Shown: piece after piece, positions 29,731 through 40,026 of the stretch
Position numbering within the stretch: position 1 is the first letter of the stretch
Layout of the letters: each line of letters starts with the position of its first letter
Assembly: GCA_963664405.1 (NCBI GenBank)
Contig: OY761158.1
Coordinates: forward strand, 704,001 to 768,000
Direction: 5' to 3'
DNA from: Thermoanaerobaculia bacterium
Lineage (GTDB): Bacteria; Acidobacteriota; Thermoanaerobaculia; Multivoradales; Multivoraceae
DNA: 64,000 bases
Translations under genes and position numbers: made by a program
Notes under the pieces: generated by a model
What the model saw: only the letters and a program-made list of their open reading frames with translations
Database searches by the model: none
Told to the model about the DNA's origin: nothing

Positions 29731-31242
29731 TCATGCGCTGAACTGATCTCGGAGCTCCCGTTTCAGAATCTTCCCGACCGCGCTCTTCGGCAGCTCTTCG
29801 AGATAAACAAAGCGACTCGGCAGCTTGAATTTGGTGACGTAGCGGGCCGCGTGCGTGCGCAGCTCGTCTTCCTCCACTTCTCGGTCGGGCTTCAGTACAA
29901 CTGCGGCCCAGATGTCATCGCCGTAGACCGGGTGAGGCACCGGAACGACGGCAACCTCGGAGATCGCCGGATGCTCGTAGAGCGCCTCCTCGATCTCGCG
30001 CGGCGAGATGTTCTCGCCGCCCTTGATGATGAGATCTTTCTTGCGGTCGGTGATGTGCAGAAAGCCGTCCTCGTCCAGATAGCCGATGTCGCCGGTGAGC
30101 AGCCACTCACCTCTGCGGGCCGCGGCAGTGGCTTCTTCGTTGCGCCAGTAACCCCGCATCAGGTTTGGGCCCTTGAGGCACACCTCGCCCCACTCACCCG
30201 CACCCAGGCTGACGCCATCGTCATCCATGACCGCGACCTCGACACCGGGCACCGGCCGACCGCAGGACCCCGGATGGAAGACATCGGTATCCGAGTAGGC
30301 GGTACCCATACTGGTCGACTCGGTCAGGCCGTAGCCGTCCTTGACCACGCAGTCGAAGGTTCGCTCGAACTCGACCCGGACCTCGTTGGCCAACGCCGCA
30401 CCACCCGACCAAACCCAGGAGAGATGGGAGAGGTCGTAGCGATCGCGATCCGGGTAGTCCAGCATGTAAGTCAACATCGTCGGCACCACCGAGAGTCGCT
30501 GGATCTTGAAGTGCTCGAGGTTCCTGAACACCTCTTCGGTGTTCCACTGAACCATCAGGGTGGCAACCATGCCCTTGACGAAACCCGCGCACATCATGAT
30601 CACGCCATAGGAGTGCGCCATCGGTAGAAAGTGAAGAATGCGAGTTTGAGGAGGTATTTCGACCATCGTCGTCAACGAGCTTGCCGTGAACAGAAGATTG
30701 GCATGGGTGTTCATCACACCTTTCGGCCGTCCTGTGGTTCCCGAGGTGTAGAGCAGCAGAGCCAGGTCGTCGTCGGCGCGGTCGACCAGGCCCTCGAGCT
30801 CCGTCGCCGACTCGACGCCCTCGGTGATGTCGACAGCAGCCCGTACCGAGCTCTCGCCAAGCACGAGAAGGCGCTTCAAGCTCTCTACTCCTGCTGCCGC
30901 CTCGGCCACCACCGCAGTCACTTCAGGAGCCGTCAAAGCCACCTTCGCCTCCGAGTTCTCTAGCAGATAGCGCACCTCGACCGGGCCGAGCTGCGGCATG
31001 GCGGGCAGAATCACCGCTCCAATCTTCCACACCGCCTGGAACGCCGCGAAGATCGCCGGGCGATTCGGCATCATCACCAATACCCGATCTCCAGGGCCGA
31101 CGCCCTGCTCGTCGAGTACCGAAGCAATTCGTCCGGCGAGCTTCGCCTGATCGAGATTGGTGTAAGTCTCGCCGGCAAAGTGGATCGCCGGGTACTCGCC
31201 GAAGTGCTCGAGGCTGTCGAGAGCCAGCTGAGCCGCGTTCAT
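29731..31242 (-). CDS. Long-chain acyl-CoA synthetase / AMP-binding protein
   Basis: YTSGTTGRPKG, GYGLTE, TGD, GKILK. Confidence 0.92.
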   Translation of the reverse strand: MNAAQLALDSLEHFGEYPAIHFAGETYTNLDQAKLAGRIASVLDEQGVGPGDRVLVMMPNRPAIFAAFQAVWKIGAVILPAMPQLGPVEVRYLLENSEAKVALTAPEVTAVVAEAAAGVESLKRLLVLGESSVRAAVDITEGVESATELEGLVDRADDDLALLLYTSGTTGRPKGVMNTHANLLFTASSLTTMVEIPPQTRILHFLPMAHSYGVIMMCAGFVKGMVATLMVQWNTEEVFRNLEHFKIQRLSVVPTMLTYMLDYPDRDRYDLSHLSWVWSGGAALANEVRVEFERTFDCVVKDGYGLTESTSMGTAYSDTDVFHPGSCGRPVPGVEVAVMDDDGVSLGAGEWGEVCLKGPNLMRGYWRNEEATAAARRGEWLLTGDIGYLDEDGFLHITDRKKDLIIKGGENISPREIEEALYEHPAISEVAVVPVPHPVYGDDIWAAVVLKPDREVEEDELRTHAARYVTKFKLPSRFVYLEELPKSAVGKILKRELRDQFSA

Positions 31243-32801
31243 CGACTGTCCTCCTTGATGTGGCGGCGCAAGAACGCCATCGAGGGCTCGAGGCCTGCTC
31301 CCAGGATCATGTGCCCGCCGCCGGGGATCTCGTGGTACTCATGTACCATCCCGTGCTCTTTCATAGCCGCTACCATGCGGCGAGAGCGCTCGACCGGCAC
31401 CGTGACGTCGGCGTCGCCATGGGTGACGATGACGGGAATGTGGCGCATGCCCTCGAAGTCGACCTCGGCCGGCATGATGCCGGGGCACATAGGGGCTATG
31501 GCCGCCCAGATGTCGGGATGACGCGAAGCGATCCGCCAGGTACCCGCGCCGCCCATCGATCCGCCGAGGAGATAGATGCGTCGCTCGTCGATGTTGTACT
31601 CACGGCGGACGAGCCGAACCACGTTCATCACGTCGAGCTCGCTCAAGCGAGTGAGGTGGCGGCGCTGAGGACTGTAGGGGCGCCCCGCATTTCCTTCTGC
31701 CCCGTAGCCTCCAGTGGGGCGATACCCGAGCGGCGACACCGCGATATAGCCATCGGCGCCGGCCGCCTTCTTCAACACGCCGCCTAGGGCGGTCATCATG
31801 GTGTCCTCGGTGCCGCCGTTGCCGTGCAACGCTACAAGGAGAGGGGTGGGTCGTCCGGGGTCGTAGTCCTCAGGTACGTCGAGGCGATAGGGCATGATCT
31901 CACCCGCCTCTTCGAAGAAGTAGTGGCGTTTTCGAGTGCCCTTGGCACCGCTCAACGGGTCCTCTCCCCGCTCCAGCTGATCCAGGAGCGCGACCGAAGC
32001 GGCGATCTCTCTGGCGAAATCGAAGCCTCGAGGCGGGCGGCGGCCGAGATTGACCTGACGGGCGAAGTCGAAGGGGTAAAGCACGGTCGCGCGGCTTGAA
32101 TCGAAACCGCCAAGCTTCCCCAGGCGCTGCTCCACCTCTTCGCGAGCGGACTCGAGGCCCTCGACGATCCTGATCTCGAGGCTCACGCTATGAAGCGTTT
32201 CGCTTCCTTCGCTGAGCTCCGCGACAATGCGGTAGGCACCGGACTCGAGGCCCCTCAGATCGACCGAAAAGGGGAAGGGCGCCGCCAGGAGGTCCCCGGG
32301 CAAGGGCCCGAAAGTCCCCAGCTGTCGCTCTTCTCTTTCACCCTCGAGCAACTTTGCCGTCATCCTCAGCGGACTCGTCGGCTGGTAGTCGGTGGGGTAC
32401 AACTGAGCGAGCCAAACGGTCGCATCGCCTCTGGCGTCCGCAATCCGTGATTCGGAGCGCAGGTGGAGCGAGCGCCAGAGCTCGTCGCGCTCGCTCCAGG
32501 GCCGCCCTAACGCTCTCGCAAGCGCGCCGTATAGCAACCGGTAGGCTTCGCCCGAGCGATCTGCGCTGTAGTGGTCGAAGGCCTCATCGACCCGCTCCTC
32601 CAATGCCCCGAGCTCGGTTCCGCTCAGGTCGCGAGCCGCGGCCGCGCGGATAATCGTGCCGGGAAGCTGCTCAATCAGGACCAGGGGCCCTTCGAGTCGC
32701 CCGAGCGCCCGCCGCACCTCTCCGGCTCGGCCCTGGCCAACGGCCAGATGGCAGAGCACGAAGAAGGCGATGGCGAGAGTGATGGCGATGCGTGGTCTCA
32801 T
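31239..32801 (-). CDS. Secreted esterase/peptidase (alpha/beta hydrolase)
   Basis: ALHG, GGSMG, HGDAD, GGH; signal peptide. Confidence 0.82.
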   Translation of the reverse strand: MRPRIAITLAIAFFVLCHLAVGQGRAGEVRRALGRLEGPLVLIEQLPGTIIRAAAARDLSGTELGALEERVDEAFDHYSADRSGEAYRLLYGALARALGRPWSERDELWRSLHLRSESRIADARGDATVWLAQLYPTDYQPTSPLRMTAKLLEGEREERQLGTFGPLPGDLLAAPFPFSVDLRGLESGAYRIVAELSEGSETLHSVSLEIRIVEGLESAREEVEQRLGKLGGFDSSRATVLYPFDFARQVNLGRRPPRGFDFAREIAASVALLDQLERGEDPLSGAKGTRKRHYFFEEAGEIMPYRLDVPEDYDPGRPTPLLVALHGNGGTEDTMMTALGGVLKKAAGADGYIAVSPLGYRPTGGYGAEGNAGRPYSPQRRHLTRLSELDVMNVVRLVRREYNIDERRIYLLGGSMGGAGTWRIASRHPDIWAAIAPMCPGIMPAEVDFEGMRHIPVIVTHGDADVTVPVERSRRMVAAMKEHGMVHEYHEIPGGGHMILGAGLEPSMAFLRRHIKEDSR

Positions 32802-32898
32802 TGCGAAGCCTCCTGGGTCTAAAGCTCACTACCTCGAATCTAGAAAAGTAGATAGACTGGTCCACTTTAACAAGCAAGCCTGGTCTTGGGAGGAGCAA

Positions 32899-33912
32899 AT
32901 GCGCGAGAGAGTCCCGAAAGTACACACACTCTTCCTTCTATTGCTGATCTGCGTGACTTCGATGGCAGCCGCCCAGAAAACGCAGCGGGGCCGGCTGATC
33001 CACGCAGAGGTCGAAACCGATCTCGTCCCAAGTCCGGCGAAGTTCGACGTTCTTCTACCGCCAGGCTACGAGTCGATCAGCGAGCCGTTGCCTCTCCTGG
33101 TCTGGTTGCACGGCGGCGCAAGCGGGGTCAACCATATCGAGCGCCGCATCGGCGAGCACATCGAGAGCGCCTGGGCGCAGGGCGTTCTCTCCCCCACCGT
33201 GATCGTTGCCCCGATAACGGGGGCCTCTTATTACATCGATTGGAAGGACGGCTCCCAGGACTGGGAGCGCTTCATCGTCGGAGAGCTGCTCGAGCACGTG
33301 CGAAAGAACTACAACGTTAGAGGCGACCGGGAAGGTACTGTCCTCGCCGGGGCATCTGCCGGAGGCCAGGGCACTCTGCGCCTCGCATTGCGAAATCCCA
33401 CCACGTTCATCGCCGCTGCCGCGATGGAGCCTGGCTTCGAGCCTGTTCTCTCCTTCGACAAGCTCGATCCGGGTCGTCTGGACTCGCCGGGGGCGAGGCA
33501 GTTCCTCGCAGAGCGCTTCGGCGACCCGATCGACAAGGACTACTGGGCGGAACGACATCCGCCGACGATCGTCATTCGCCATGCCGACGCCATTCGAGAG
33601 TCGGGGCTGCAACTGCGAGTCGAAGCCGGCGACGAAGACGCCAACCTCACTTGGCTCAGCGCGGAGCTCGTCCATCGTTTGCTCTTCGACGCCGCGATCC
33701 CTCACGAGTACTACATCGAGCGCGGCGCCGCGCACACCGGCTTTTCGATGCCACGACGTCTCCATCAGAGCTTCGCCTTCCTCGATCGCGCCGTCCATCC
33801 CGAGGGTCCTGACGCACAAGCCATGCGGCATTTCGAGGGCGCCAAACAAAACGGTCGCTATCGGCCGCGGGTCCCGAATCAGCTACCCTACGAAGCGCCA
33901 GACTTTCGCTAG
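32899..33912 (+). CDS. Secreted esterase (alpha/beta hydrolase)
   Basis: GGAGGAG RBS before ATG 32899; WLHGG, GASAG, GAAH. Confidence 0.82.
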   Translation: MRERVPKVHTLFLLLLICVTSMAAAQKTQRGRLIHAEVETDLVPSPAKFDVLLPPGYESISEPLPLLVWLHGGASGVNHIERRIGEHIESAWAQGVLSPTVIVAPITGASYYIDWKDGSQDWERFIVGELLEHVRKNYNVRGDREGTVLAGASAGGQGTLRLALRNPTTFIAAAAMEPGFEPVLSFDKLDPGRLDSPGARQFLAERFGDPIDKDYWAERHPPTIVIRHADAIRESGLQLRVEAGDEDANLTWLSAELVHRLLFDAAIPHEYYIERGAAHTGFSMPRRLHQSFAFLDRAVHPEGPDAQAMRHFEGAKQNGRYRPRVPNQLPYEAPDFR

Positions 33913-33943
33913 AGCAGCCGCTCAGCTCAGAAGAGGAACACTC

Positions 33944-35236
33944 ATGTCCTGGAGCTTCGAGACCGATCCTGAAGACCAGCAAGAGCTCGACTGGGTCGAG
34001 AGCTTCGTCCGCGAAGAGGTAGAGCCCCTCGACCTCGTCTTGGGCGACCCCTACGACATCGAGGACCCGGCCTTCGTCGAGCTGGTGCGGCCGCTGCAGA
34101 AGGTGGTGCAAGCCCGCAAGCTGTGGGCCTGCCACCTCGGCACAGAGCTCGGCGGAGAGGGCTACGGCCAACTCAAGCTGGCGCTCATGAACGAGATCTT
34201 GGGGCGCTCTTACTTCGCTCCCATCGTCTTCGGCTGCCAGGCACCCGACTCCGGTAATGGCGAGATCCTCGCCCACTACGGCAGCGAGGAGCACAAGCGA
34301 CGCTACCTCGAGCCGCTATTGCGAAATGAGATCGTGTCGTGCTTCTCGATGACCGAGCCTCAGGCCGGTGCTGATCCCAAGATGTTCACCTGCCGAGCCC
34401 AGCGGGACGGCGATGAGTGGGTACTGAATGGTGAGAAGTGGTTCTCCTCCAATGCCAAATTCGCCTCCTTTCTCATCGTCATGTGTGTCACCAACCCCGA
34501 GGCCGAGGTCTACAGTCGGATGTCGATGTTCATCGTGCCGAAGGAGACTCCGGGCATCGAGATCGTGCGCAATATCGAGATCGGCCTCGAGGGCGCTGGC
34601 ACGCACGCCTACATTCGATACAAGAACGTTCGTGTGCCTCTGGAGAACATGCTCGGTGGCGAGGGCCAAGCCTTCGTCGTCGCCCAGACGCGCCTGGGCG
34701 GGGGCCGCATCCATCATGCGATGAGAACTCTGGGGCAGATCAAAAAGGCTTTTGACGCGATGTGCCAGCGCGCCCTTTCGCGGCAAACCCAGGGCGAGCT
34801 TCTCGCCCAGAAACAGATGGTCCAGGAGAAGATCGCCGACTCATGGATGGAAATGGAGCAGTTCAGGCTGCTGGTCCTGCGAACTGCGTGGCGCATCGAC
34901 CGCTATCAAGACTACCGACGGGTACGCAAAGACATCGCCGCGGTAAAGGCCATGATGCCGAAGGTCTACCACGACGTCGTTGCGCGCGCCCTGCAGATTC
35001 ACGGCGCTCTCGGCCTGTCGAACGAGATGCCCTTCGTGGGGCAGTTGGTGGGTGCTTTCGGAATGGGTCTCGCGGACGGGCCGACGGAGGTGCACAAGAT
35101 CACCGTGGCGCGCCAGGTGCTGCAGGAGTACGAGGCCTACGAAGGCGTCTTCCCGCCCGGCCATCTACCCGCTTTGCGGGAGAACGCAGTCAAGAAATTC
35201 GCGGATCGGATCGAGTTCGAAGTGGCGTCTCTGTAG
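33944..35236 (+). CDS. Acyl-CoA dehydrogenase
   Basis: APDSGN, FSMTEP, NGEKWF, RLGGGRIHH, DGPTEVH. Confidence 0.92.
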   Translation: MSWSFETDPEDQQELDWVESFVREEVEPLDLVLGDPYDIEDPAFVELVRPLQKVVQARKLWACHLGTELGGEGYGQLKLALMNEILGRSYFAPIVFGCQAPDSGNGEILAHYGSEEHKRRYLEPLLRNEIVSCFSMTEPQAGADPKMFTCRAQRDGDEWVLNGEKWFSSNAKFASFLIVMCVTNPEAEVYSRMSMFIVPKETPGIEIVRNIEIGLEGAGTHAYIRYKNVRVPLENMLGGEGQAFVVAQTRLGGGRIHHAMRTLGQIKKAFDAMCQRALSRQTQGELLAQKQMVQEKIADSWMEMEQFRLLVLRTAWRIDRYQDYRRVRKDIAAVKAMMPKVYHDVVARALQIHGALGLSNEMPFVGQLVGAFGMGLADGPTEVHKITVARQVLQEYEAYEGVFPPGHLPALRENAVKKFADRIEFEVASL

Positions 35237-35250
35237 CGACACCCATCACG

Positions 35251-37506
35251 CTACTCTTTGCGAATGAGCTTACCCAGAGCGACTCGGTCAGAGGCCAGGA
35301 GGGCCTCGACACGCTCCTCATCAACGTTGGCAACGATGATGTGGCCAACTTCGTCGTGCACTTCTTTGAACAACCCGTGCGTCTTCATCTTCTGGGTCTG
35401 ATACTGGTTGTCCTCGGTGGGACTGACGTAATGAACCTGCGCGGCCCGATAGCGATGGATCAGCCAAAGATGTATGAGTGACATCAGTCGCTTCTGCCGC
35501 AACGCCGGGTCGAAAGTGTTCTGATCGCGAACCGACAGAATCCGCTTGCCCTGGCGATCCTCCATCGGGGCGAAAATGACGTTGGCTACCCCCTCGTTCT
35601 CCGGACCAATGACGGTCAACTCCAGGAGCTCGGCTCCGGCCGTGTGAGGGCGCAGGGCAATCTTGAGATCTGACGGCAGATCGTAGTGCCCGGTCCAGAG
35701 ACCGAGCCAACCTTCCAGAAGACTTCTCGGCACTTCCGTCTGCATCACGTGCTGGAACTGCGTCGAGCCCTTCCCCATCGCCTTGGTCGTCGAGGTGCGA
35801 CCCGACGATGCCATCAGAGCGGCATCCAAACGCGGCCCCCCCACCAGAGTCTGGGGAGTGCGATAGGGAGAGTCCACCAGACGAAATTTTCGCTGCAATC
35901 GGGCCAAGGCCAGCATCCCGTCTTCGAGAAGGGCTGTCGCAAACTCCTCACTGGCGAGGCCATCGATCTGATGGCCACCGTAAGTGATGAAGTTGAAAAC
36001 AAAGCCCAACTTGCCGAGCTCCTCCGGAAACTGCCGCATTTCCTCGTCGCTCATCCCGGTGGTATCCCAGCTGAAAGACGGTGAAAGATTGTAGGCGAGC
36101 ATCTTGTCGGGAAACTCCGCATGAATCGCCTCCGCGAACACTCTCGCGTCTTCGAGGTCGGCGGTCTTCGTCTCCATCCACAGCAGATCTGAGAACGGAG
36201 CCGCCGCCAGCGACTTCGCGGTGGCCCACTCGATACCACTCCTGACCTGGTAGTAACCCTCGGGGGTTTTCGCCAGGTCACTGCTCCATTCGGTGTCGAC
36301 GCCCATCGACCCTGCCCGTTCCCCCGCCTCATACCAAGATGCGCGGCTCGCGAACTCGGTCCAGGCATCCACGCTCATCTCGAAGTCCTCACCATCGGCA
36401 GCGCGAGCCGCCATCGCATCGGCAACGGCTTGGGCATAGGTGGTCAGCCCGGCGTCCACCTCCCACCGATCGACGAATGCGGTCAGGACACGATCGAGCA
36501 TCGCGTCGACGCCCATATCGGCGTCTTGTCGGTAGGCTTCCGCGCTCTCCTCTGCCAGGCTCGAAAGCCCGGTCTTGCTCAGCCAAGCAAAAGCTTGTTC
36601 GTATTCGGCATCTGAGATGTCGTAGAGCAGGTGGCCGCGAATCTCTTCCAGGCCAAGCTCCGCGAGCTTCTTCTGAATTGCGATCGTTACCACGCGATAT
36701 GCAGGAACGCTTCGGTTGGTCGCTCCGAGGATGAAGGGTTGGTCACGCTCGTCCGAGCAACCTTCCAAGAGCGTCGCCGCCTCGGCATCGGTACGGGCCA
36801 CGATAATGCCAGGAACTCCCATGATGTCGAGCTGGAGGCGGGCCGCGTTGAGCCGCTTGATCTGCTCGTCGCAGGCAACCAGGACCTTGCCCCCCTGGTG
36901 CCCGCATTTCTTTACACCGGGCTTCTGATCTTCGATGTGGTACCCGGGTACGCCGGCTTCCACAAATCGGCGAATCAAGTTTCTGACATGCGCGTCACCC
37001 CCGTGCCCGGTGTCGGCGTCGGCGATAATGAACGGGCGGAAGTCGACTTCGGGCGTGCGTCGGCGCTCTTCTTCACTCATGCGCGAGCGTGCGAAGTACT
37101 GGTTACGGTCGGCGCTCAACAACGCTCGCACCAGCGGCGCCGCCTCGTCGGGGACCTGACCCAGTGGGTAGCTTGCTAAATCGGCGCCGGGGTCTTCGCC
37201 TTTGGAGCCCTTGGCGGAGGTAGCCCAGCCTCCTAGATAGATGCCCTCGATCCCGAGTCTTTTCATCGCGACGCCCTGACCCGGCGAGTACGGGCCAAAG
37301 GTCGTAATCGACTTCTTCGCCGCGAAGAGCTCGCGCAGGCGGGCATAAAAGGCCTCGGCTGCGTCTCTGGCGACGACATACTCACTGGGCACTGTGCCCT
37401 GCTGCTCCGCGACCTGGCGCGGCGAATACAAGCGCTCGATGCCTTGAAAACGATCGCGCGCGATCCACTCCCTGGCGGCGTCGAGCTGTTCATCCCATGC
37501 GCTCAT
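35251..37506 (-). CDS. aceA: Isocitrate lyase, long ICL2 type
   Basis: [14 protein letters not shown] catalytic loop, AYNLSPSF; C-terminal extension ([14 protein letters not shown]) like mycobacterial ICL2. Confidence 0.92.
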   Translation of the reverse strand: MSAWDEQLDAAREWIARDRFQGIERLYSPRQVAEQQGTVPSEYVVARDAAEAFYARLRELFAAKKSITTFGPYSPGQGVAMKRLGIEGIYLGGWATSAKGSKGEDPGADLASYPLGQVPDEAAPLVRALLSADRNQYFARSRMSEEERRRTPEVDFRPFIIADADTGHGGDAHVRNLIRRFVEAGVPGYHIEDQKPGVKKCGHQGGKVLVACDEQIKRLNAARLQLDIMGVPGIIVARTDAEAATLLEGCSDERDQPFILGATNRSVPAYRVVTIAIQKKLAELGLEEIRGHLLYDISDAEYEQAFAWLSKTGLSSLAEESAEAYRQDADMGVDAMLDRVLTAFVDRWEVDAGLTTYAQAVADAMAARAADGEDFEMSVDAWTEFASRASWYEAGERAGSMGVDTEWSSDLAKTPEGYYQVRSGIEWATAKSLAAAPFSDLLWMETKTADLEDARVFAEAIHAEFPDKMLAYNLSPSFSWDTTGMSDEEMRQFPEELGKLGFVFNFITYGGHQIDGLASEEFATALLEDGMLALARLQRKFRLVDSPYRTPQTLVGGPRLDAALMASSGRTSTTKAMGKGSTQFQHVMQTEVPRSLLEGWLGLWTGHYDLPSDLKIALRPHTAGAELLELTVIGPENEGVANVIFAPMEDRQGKRILSVRDQNTFDPALRQKRLMSLIHLWLIHRYRAAQVHYVSPTEDNQYQTQKMKTHGLFKEVHDEVGHIIVANVDEERVEALLASDRVALGKLIRKE

Positions 37507-37639
37507 CGTCTCTTCTCCTCCAACGGTCATAGGCTGTCTTAATGAAGATACAAAGCGGAGACGCCCTCCATATCAGGCCTCTAGAAAGGGCGACAGCTGC
37601 AGATGCGGCAGACCGTACCAAAAAAGGGGTCGGGAGTCC

Positions 37640-39085
37640 TCAGAAATCCGGCGGCCGCCGAAATCCCCCCATCATCTCTGTCAGATGCCGGGCAAACTCT
37701 AGGGTCGTGCGGTCCTCGAGATAGGGCCCGACCAGCTGCATGCCGACGGGCAGGCCAGCCCCGGTGAGGCCGACGGGAACCACGGTCGACGGCAGGTAGG
37801 CCACCCCTACCAGGCCCATCCACTTCATCTGTTCGCCATAAGGTCGTGACTCTCCGTCAACGACGATCGTGCGCAAGCTCATCGCCTCGGTGTGATCGTG
37901 GGGGATGGCCGGCACCGGAGAGACCGGCATCAAGACGACATCCCAATCGGCAAAGAAGTCGAACCATTTGCGACGTAGCTGCAGACGGCGCTCGTTGGCC
38001 GACAGCCAACCCCGATGCCTCAGGGTCGCGCCCTCGACAAAAGCCTCGCCGCCGCCCTGGGCCACTTCAGCGGCCATCTTCTCGATCTGGTCGTGACTGA
38101 ACCCTCCGCACTGAGCCGCACCGAGTAACTGGGCGAAGACCCGGCCCGAATAAGAAAACTCGAAGTCCGGACGCGCTTCCCAGGACACTCTCGCTCCCGC
38201 CTCCTCGACCGCCCTCGCCGCGCCGTGGAGCAGATCGCGCGACTCGACCGAGAGGGGGCAAAAGGAGTCATCGACCCACACCGCGACCCGAAAGTCCTCG
38301 ATACGTTTTTGGCGCGGCTCCGGCAAAGCCAGCTGCCAGCCGACGCTCTCCCACGCATCGGGACCGGCGAGGAGATTCAGGCCAAGCTCCAGATCCTCCA
38401 CGGTGCGAGCCAGAGGTCCGGCAACCGCGATATCCGCCTGAGTGAGAGTTCCTGGTGGGCCGGGAATCTGCCCCTGCGCTGGCACGATCCGGTATGAAGG
38501 CTTGTGCCCCATCACGCCGCAGGAGTGCGCCGGATTTCGGATCGATCCTCCGATATCACTGCCGAGCTCGAGTGGCGTAAAACCGGCGGCCAGAGCCCCA
38601 GCAGAGCCTCCCGAAGAACCGCCCACAGTACGGCTCGCGTCCCAGGGGTTGTTCGACTGTCCGAAGACTTCGTTGTAACTCTGCACATCGCCGGCGTAGA
38701 GAGGCAGGTTGGTCTTGCCGAAAACAACCGCGCCCGCCGCGCGCAATCGAGCCACTGGCACCGCGTCGACCTCCGGAACATAGCTCGCGAGCTCGGGAGC
38801 GCCCGAGGTGGTGCGCATGCCGGCAGTGCTGAAAGAGTCCTTGATGGTCATTGGAACGCCGTGCAATGGGCCTAGCACCGCGCCGCTCGCTACGGCCTCG
38901 TCCGCGGCCCGAGCCTGCTCACGAGCGCGCTCGGCGTCGACTGTCACCACCAGGTTCAGTGGCTCGTTTCGATTCTTCACCCGCCCGAGGAAGGCCTCGA
39001 GAAGCTCCAGGCTGGAAACCTCCCGATCGCGGATGGCCGCGGCGAGACGAGTCGCAGATAGATAGAAAGGGTCGCTCAACGACAT
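37640..39085 (-). CDS. Amidase (amidase signature family)
   Basis: HGVPMTIKD, GGSSGGS, GSDIGGSIRNPA. Confidence 0.93.
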   Translation of the reverse strand: MSLSDPFYLSATRLAAAIRDREVSSLELLEAFLGRVKNRNEPLNLVVTVDAERAREQARAADEAVASGAVLGPLHGVPMTIKDSFSTAGMRTTSGAPELASYVPEVDAVPVARLRAAGAVVFGKTNLPLYAGDVQSYNEVFGQSNNPWDASRTVGGSSGGSAGALAAGFTPLELGSDIGGSIRNPAHSCGVMGHKPSYRIVPAQGQIPGPPGTLTQADIAVAGPLARTVEDLELGLNLLAGPDAWESVGWQLALPEPRQKRIEDFRVAVWVDDSFCPLSVESRDLLHGAARAVEEAGARVSWEARPDFEFSYSGRVFAQLLGAAQCGGFSHDQIEKMAAEVAQGGGEAFVEGATLRHRGWLSANERRLQLRRKWFDFFADWDVVLMPVSPVPAIPHDHTEAMSLRTIVVDGESRPYGEQMKWMGLVGVAYLPSTVVPVGLTGAGLPVGMQLVGPYLEDRTTLEFARHLTEMMGGFRRPPDF

Positions 39086-39114
39086 AGTCTGTCCTCCGAG
39101 TGATGGCAGGAGAC

Positions 39115-39600
39115 CTACTCCTCCGGCTCTTCGAAATTCTCCACCATGTATTCGTAATATGGACCCTTCAGGAATCCATGGAAGACCTCGTGGACCAGCG
39201 ACACACCCTTCTTGACCGCATACTCCCAATCATCTCTGAGAACCCGGAGTGAAACCGACACGCTACCCCTCCGGCTCGAGCACAGAAGCTCCACTCGCCC
39301 GGGGTCGATTCGCCGATGCTCGGGCAAATCCTCACTGCTGCGCTGGCTGAAAAAGTCCCTGAGGGCACGATCCATCACCGAGCGGTAGGGAATATTAGGA
39401 AGCAGGTCCTGAAACACCAGGGTCTTACGCACCGGATCGACGCGAAGCCTAAAAGTCGCTTCATGCAGCCATCGGAAGCGAAACTCTTCCGTGCCCCGTG
39501 ATGACGGGCGCCGCACGAAACCGCGGAACACACCCCGATCGGCATAACTCTGCAAGGTCTCGGCGACTTTGTCTGCGCTCCGCGTTGAGGTCCTGTTCAA
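39115..39600 (-). CDS. Hypothetical protein
   Basis: 161-aa ORF with protein-like composition, co-oriented with the amidase. Confidence 0.6.
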   Translation of the reverse strand: MNRTSTRSADKVAETLQSYADRGVFRGFVRRPSSRGTEEFRFRWLHEATFRLRVDPVRKTLVFQDLLPNIPYRSVMDRALRDFFSQRSSEDLPEHRRIDPGRVELLCSSRRGSVSVSLRVLRDDWEYAVKKGVSLVHEVFHGFLKGPYYEYMVENFEEPEE

Positions 39601-39843
39601 TCGGCGACTCCGGCCAGTCCGGTAACTCTAGTGGGCCGTAGTAGGACACTAGACTATCGCTGCGGCTACTCTTTGAGAAGAATCAGTCCCACTTCAGTGT
39701 CGCGACCGTCATCGAAGCGGACAGTCTCGAGCTCGAGACCTCGGTTGGCGATGTCTAGAAGAGCCAGCTCGAAGCAATGACGACGGCCGTTGCGACAGCG
39801 ACGCGAGCACGGGCATTCAACTCGTGAGCGACCCTCGGTCCGC

Positions 39844-40026
39844 CTAGCCTGGACTATTCATGAGGTCCGTAGCGAGGTGCCGCAGATGCCCGAAGATACA
39901 AGGCGTCGCGACCGAGAGCACCGCAGGCGTATTGGGCAATACGTCGAGGGGCGCGACAGAGCGCAACGCAGTAGATTCGGGCAGCTGCGGCACCGTAGTA
40001 GGAGCTTCATGAATAATCCAGGCTAG
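39844..40026. repeat. MITE/REP-like hairpin element
   Basis: Terminal IR ctagcctggactattcatga / tcatgaataatccaggctag; core GCAGGCGTATTGGGCAATACGTCGA at 39923; right CTAG is the ArnT-like gene stop. Confidence 0.88.

Noticed and set aside
39698-39724. Possible extra TGTCG...GACA site
   Set aside because: Spacing is off by one, the right arm is imperfect and there is no GGYG core.
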